Shown here: positions 58,037 through 61,029 of the stretch, one piece after another
How positions within the stretch are numbered: the first letter of the stretch is position 1
Layout of the letters: the number at the start of each line of letters is the position of its first letter
IMG/VR virus record: IMGVR_UViG_3300045257_000102
Span: 1 to 61,029 of that record
Source: a virus
Taxonomy: Duplodnaviria; Caudoviricetes
Direction: 5' to 3' (one strand)
DNA length: 61,029 bases
The notes under the pieces: generated by a model
Databases searched by the model: none
Seen by the model: the letters and a program-made list of their open reading frames with translations, nothing else
Told to the model about the DNA's origin: nothing
Made by a program: the position numbers and the translations under genes

Positions 58037-58084
58037 CCACGTTCGGGACGTAGAGGTCGCATGTTCGAATCATGTCGCCCCGAC
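58037..58084 (+). other. attP core: 3' half of tRNA-Pro(CGG)
   Basis: acg-TTCGGGA-cgtag aggtc gcatg-TTCGAAT-catgt cgccccga; 5' acceptor and D-arm absent. Confidence 0.8.
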
Positions 58085-58168
58085 TGACAGGCGGCAGATG
58101 CGTCATTCCGCGAGGTCTGACGGCGGCTGAGCAATTCGGGCCGTTTTGAACATCTGCCGTTTGTCGTA

Positions 58169-58196
58169 TTGAAAACCCTAGGCAATACAGTACACT
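58169..58196 (+). promoter_or_regulatory. promoter of the HTH gene (possibly leaderless)
   Basis: TTGAAA-16 nt-TACACT, 7 nt before ATG 58204. Confidence 0.55.
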
Positions 58197-58203
58197 AAGG
58201 GCC

Positions 58204-58443
58204 ATGTCCGTGGCAATAGGCGACTATCTGACGTGCAAGGAAGTGGCTGAACGGCTGAACGTGAGCCGTTGCCGAGTCCACCAGTTCGTGGCCGAAAAGC
58301 GGCTCAAAGGCGAAATCGTCGCCGGGACCATCTTTTTTCACGTCAAGGAAGTCGCGAAATTCGAGAAATCCCCTAGGAAAAACGGCCGCCCGAGAAAATC
58401 TGAAAAATCTCGGAAACGGGGCTTGCAAAACCCTAGACGATAG
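58204..58443 (+). CDS. excisionase-like / HTH_17 DNA-binding protein
   Basis: YLTCKEVAERLNVSRCRVHQ...RL; GRPR tail; beside attP. Confidence 0.82.
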   Translation: MSVAIGDYLTCKEVAERLNVSRCRVHQFVAEKRLKGEIVAGTIFFHVKEVAKFEKSPRKNGRPRKSEKSRKRGLQNPRR

Positions 58444-58451
58444 ATTAGCCT
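58423..58451 (+). promoter_or_regulatory. candidate early promoter
   Basis: TTGCAA-17 nt-TAGCCT with AAAACCCTAG in the spacer. Confidence 0.5.
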
Positions 58452-58542
58452 TGCATCTTGTTGATTGAACGCTCGGCCATGCGGCTTCAAAACCGCTGGA
58501 CAGCATTTACCACGAATTGCCTTCTTACGCGGCATCTCTCCG

Positions 58543-59526
58543 ATGGCCACCGCAATCGCCAAGCGCGACCCACGCGACTTTTCATTTCCGGGGTTCACTC
58601 TCTCGGCAACCGGAATGCAGGTCGAGGGCGACCCGACTTTCGACGAATGGCTTCGTGTCGGGCATCTCCTGGAGCGGATTGAGGGCGCTGCCCAATGGTG
58701 GGTCGGAGATTGGCTAAACTTCGGCGATGGCCGTCCGCAATGGGGCGACAAGTATGAGCAGGCGATAAGCATATTCAATCGTTCTTACGACACGATTGCT
58801 CAATACAAATGGGTTGCTAAGAACGTCGAATTTTGTAGCCGGCTACAAAATTTGTCGTGGTCCCACCATCAAGAGGTCGCCGACCTGGACCCCGAAGAGC
58901 AAAAAGAACTACTTGCAGCCGCCGCTCCCGAGGCTCCAGACAAGCCGCCACGGATGACCCGCGAAGAATTGCGCCGCGAAGTGCGGCAACGCCGCCTCGC
59001 TCAACGTCCCGATGCGCCACCGCTTCCAAAATCAAAGTTCAATCTAATCTACGCGGACCCGCCTTGGCGTTACGACTACAGCAAATCCGACAGCCGAAAA
59101 ATCGAAAACCAATATCCCACGCTGGAGGTTGACGAGATTTGCGAACTACCGATTGCCAAGTCGTGCGCCGATGACTGCGTTCTCTTCCTCTGGGCGACCA
59201 GTCCGAAACTTCCAGAGGCGATGCGAGTCGTGGTGTCGTGGGGATTCACCTACCGAACGTGCATGGTTTGGGTGAAGGACAAAATCGGCATGGGCTACTA
59301 CGCCCGGCAGCGACATGAACTTCTCTTGATCGCCACGACTGGCGAGCCGTCGGTTCCCGATGAGAGTGTTCGCCCAGATTCAGTCATTCAGGCCCCGCGA
59401 GGAGAGCACAGTCGCAAGCCAGATTCTGTCTATGCAATGTTGGAGAGCATGTATCCCAAGAGCAAATACCTCGAATTATTTTGCCGCACGCCCCGCAAGG
59501 GCTGGAAGGCATGGGGGAACGAATGA
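58543..59526 (+). CDS. LmbU-like DNA-binding domain fused to MT-A70 adenine methyltransferase
   Basis: WWVGDWL..G...LSWSHH.EVA; IYADPPW, LFLWAT, HSRKP, LELF.R..RKGW..WGNE. Confidence 0.88.
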   Translation: MATAIAKRDPRDFSFPGFTLSATGMQVEGDPTFDEWLRVGHLLERIEGAAQWWVGDWLNFGDGRPQWGDKYEQAISIFNRSYDTIAQYKWVAKNVEFCSRLQNLSWSHHQEVADLDPEEQKELLAAAAPEAPDKPPRMTREELRREVRQRRLAQRPDAPPLPKSKFNLIYADPPWRYDYSKSDSRKIENQYPTLEVDEICELPIAKSCADDCVLFLWATSPKLPEAMRVVVSWGFTYRTCMVWVKDKIGMGYYARQRHELLLIATTGEPSVPDESVRPDSVIQAPRGEHSRKPDSVYAMLESMYPKSKYLELFCRTPRKGWKAWGNE

Positions 59527-60062
59527 GCTTCACGGATGATCTCGAAATGTCTCACTCGTATTCAGACGCCCCGTGGTGGGAGGAAGTCTATCGCGCAGCC
59601 TTCCCGACGTTCAGCAGCATGACAGATCACAGGCAGAATGGAGAACACCAAAGAGCGGGAATCGACCGCTCGATCACCCTGGCGAATGCCAAACAACTTT
59701 TGATCGATGAGAAGGTGAGAGGCCGCAACAGAAAAACAGGGCGCGTCTATGAGGACATTGCCCTGGAATATCTGAGCGACCGAGACCGAGGCGCGCCGGG
59801 CTGGGTTTGCAAACCGCTTCGCGCTGACTTCATTGCCTATGCAATCGCGCCGCTTGGGCGTTGCTACTTACTGCCAGTCATTCAATTGCAGGCGGCATGG
59901 GACCGCCGCAAGGACGAATGGTTGTCGGAATATCGAACTATTGAAGCGCAAAACGATTGGTGGGTGACGCTCTCGCTTTGTGTTCCCGTCGAGGTGCTTT
60001 TCCCGGCAATTGGATCATGCCTTCGCGTTGAATTCACGCCCGCAGAAGTTCAGGACATTTAA
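59523..60062 (+). CDS. putative PD-(D/E)XK nuclease-fold protein
   Basis: Q..GID.......IDEKVR...DI.LE...PGW..K...D...Y. Confidence 0.6.
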   Translation: MSFTDDLEMSHSYSDAPWWEEVYRAAFPTFSSMTDHRQNGEHQRAGIDRSITLANAKQLLIDEKVRGRNRKTGRVYEDIALEYLSDRDRGAPGWVCKPLRADFIAYAIAPLGRCYLLPVIQLQAAWDRRKDEWLSEYRTIEAQNDWWVTLSLCVPVEVLFPAIGSCLRVEFTPAEVQDI

Positions 60063-60086
60063 CCCACAGAACCGAAGGACCGACCC

Positions 60087-60377
60087 ATGAACAAGTATCA
60101 GATCACTTTCAAGGACCGCACCGAGCAGCGCCAGTACGTCATCGAAGCCCGCACCTTCGACGACGCACGCGACTGTGCCGACGACCTACCGCACAGCGAT
60201 TGGGAGATTGTGTCGATTTTGCGCGTGCGGGATTCCGAGGCCCGCAACGGAAGCCTTGCGATTGTGGAGAACTGGCGGCGGGAGCAGGTTTTCGTCCGGG
60301 AGCTGGAGAGGCGAAATCACCCATCAATCCCCGAGGTGTTAAATGCCGCAGGAAGTAATCCTTGGCCTGTTGATTGA
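60087..60377 (+). CDS. hypothetical protein
   Basis: aagga RBS. Confidence 0.5.
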   Translation: MNKYQITFKDRTEQRQYVIEARTFDDARDCADDLPHSDWEIVSILRVRDSEARNGSLAIVENWRREQVFVRELERRNHPSIPEVLNAAGSNPWPVD

Positions 60378-60921
60378 CGGCGAAGCAAAACGCGATGCAA
60401 TCCACGTAGCGGTCGCTCCAGCGATCGCTGACGACTTCATGGCACCGGGCGCTGAAGTCGGATTTGTCGCGCCCGGTGACTGCTCCCGTGTCGGATTCGC
60501 AGAGAAGAAGATTGGCATCGTCGATCCTTTTCTTAAAAAGGCCGTCAGGCCTGGAGAGCGATTCTGGATACTGCTTTTTCAGAAGTCCGTCACGTCTCTG
60601 CGACACGCCTGGACGCACCCGGCTTTTCCCGACGAAGCGGTTTCCGAATCGGTGGCGATGGCGAGCGATCCCGGCGACGGAGAAAAGGCCAAGAGGCGAA
60701 TCGAAACTATTGCCGCTGCGCTTGACCTCACCTACACGGCACTGATGCGTGGGGCAAAGGAATGGCTCGACTATGAAGAATATCAGACGGAGATTGGCCG
60801 CGAGCACTGGCGCGACACGTTTCCTATTTACTGCGAGGAGTTTTGGAAGTGTTACGAGATCGTGACAGGAACGCCAGTGCCAGAGGAAAAACGCCAACAG
60901 TTCTTTAGCTGCTCGTGCTGA
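60343..60921 (+). CDS. conserved phage hypothetical protein
   Basis: RDAIHVAV, GIVDPFL, TSLRH.W.HPAF, FSCSC; start uncertain. Confidence 0.75.
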   Translation: MPQEVILGLLIDGEAKRDAIHVAVAPAIADDFMAPGAEVGFVAPGDCSRVGFAEKKIGIVDPFLKKAVRPGERFWILLFQKSVTSLRHAWTHPAFPDEAVSESVAMASDPGDGEKAKRRIETIAAALDLTYTALMRGAKEWLDYEEYQTEIGREHWRDTFPIYCEEFWKCYEIVTGTPVPEEKRQQFFSCSC

Positions 60922-61029
60922 CATTGACTCACGTTTTCGTCCGGTCCGGTCACGACATGCGATTTCCCAGTGGAGATTGAGAGGAGGAAGGCGACGTGAT
61001 TCACATTCGTATCGACAACGAACGAAGGA
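60903..61029. repeat. 127-bp terminal direct repeat, right copy
   Basis: identical to 1-127. Confidence 0.97.

Noticed and set aside
58011-58085. Complete tRNA-Pro gene
   Set aside because: No 5' strand complementary to cgccccg and no D-arm; interpreted as attP
60903-61029. Biological direct terminal repeat
   Set aside because: 127 bp equals a common assembler k-mer and the repeat cuts through genes, so it is more likely a circular-assembly overlap

Overview
The window is an apparently complete, circularly assembled dsDNA tailed-phage genome of about 60,902 bp. Bases 1-127 are repeated exactly at 60903-61029. It is GC-rich, uses the standard genetic code and is almost entirely coded on the + strand. 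The host is most likely a Planctomycetota bacterium, based on a Planctomycete-type export motif (LAYETLESRLML) and several Cys/Trp-rich secreted proteins; this is inference by eye. Gene order: recombination/replication (PD-(D/E)XK nuclease, Sak4-like ATPase, SSB-like, initiator); DNA modification (N4/N6 MTase, PAPS-reductase-like, C5 MTase, LmbU/MT-A70 fusion); a CsrA-like gene, a strong promoter and an odd tRNA-Met; a ~20 kb accessory/late block (S53 sedolisin, single-TM micropeptides, exported glycoside hydrolase, di-heme cytochrome c peroxidase, secreted proteins, three beta-helix proteins); terminase, portal, head and siphovirus-type tail genes; and an internally deleted tyrosine integrase beside a tRNA-Pro(CGG) attP. 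I could not recognise a peptidoglycan endolysin or a CI-type repressor. The most notable points are a possible protease-based lysis/envelope-remodelling module, a phage di-heme peroxidase with an altered heme-2 ligand region, a circularly permuted Fe-S nuclease, a nested two-frame C5 methyltransferase, a -1 frameshift tail chaperone, and genes or domains bracketed by short direct repeats. All family assignments come from motif recognition by eye; no searches were run.
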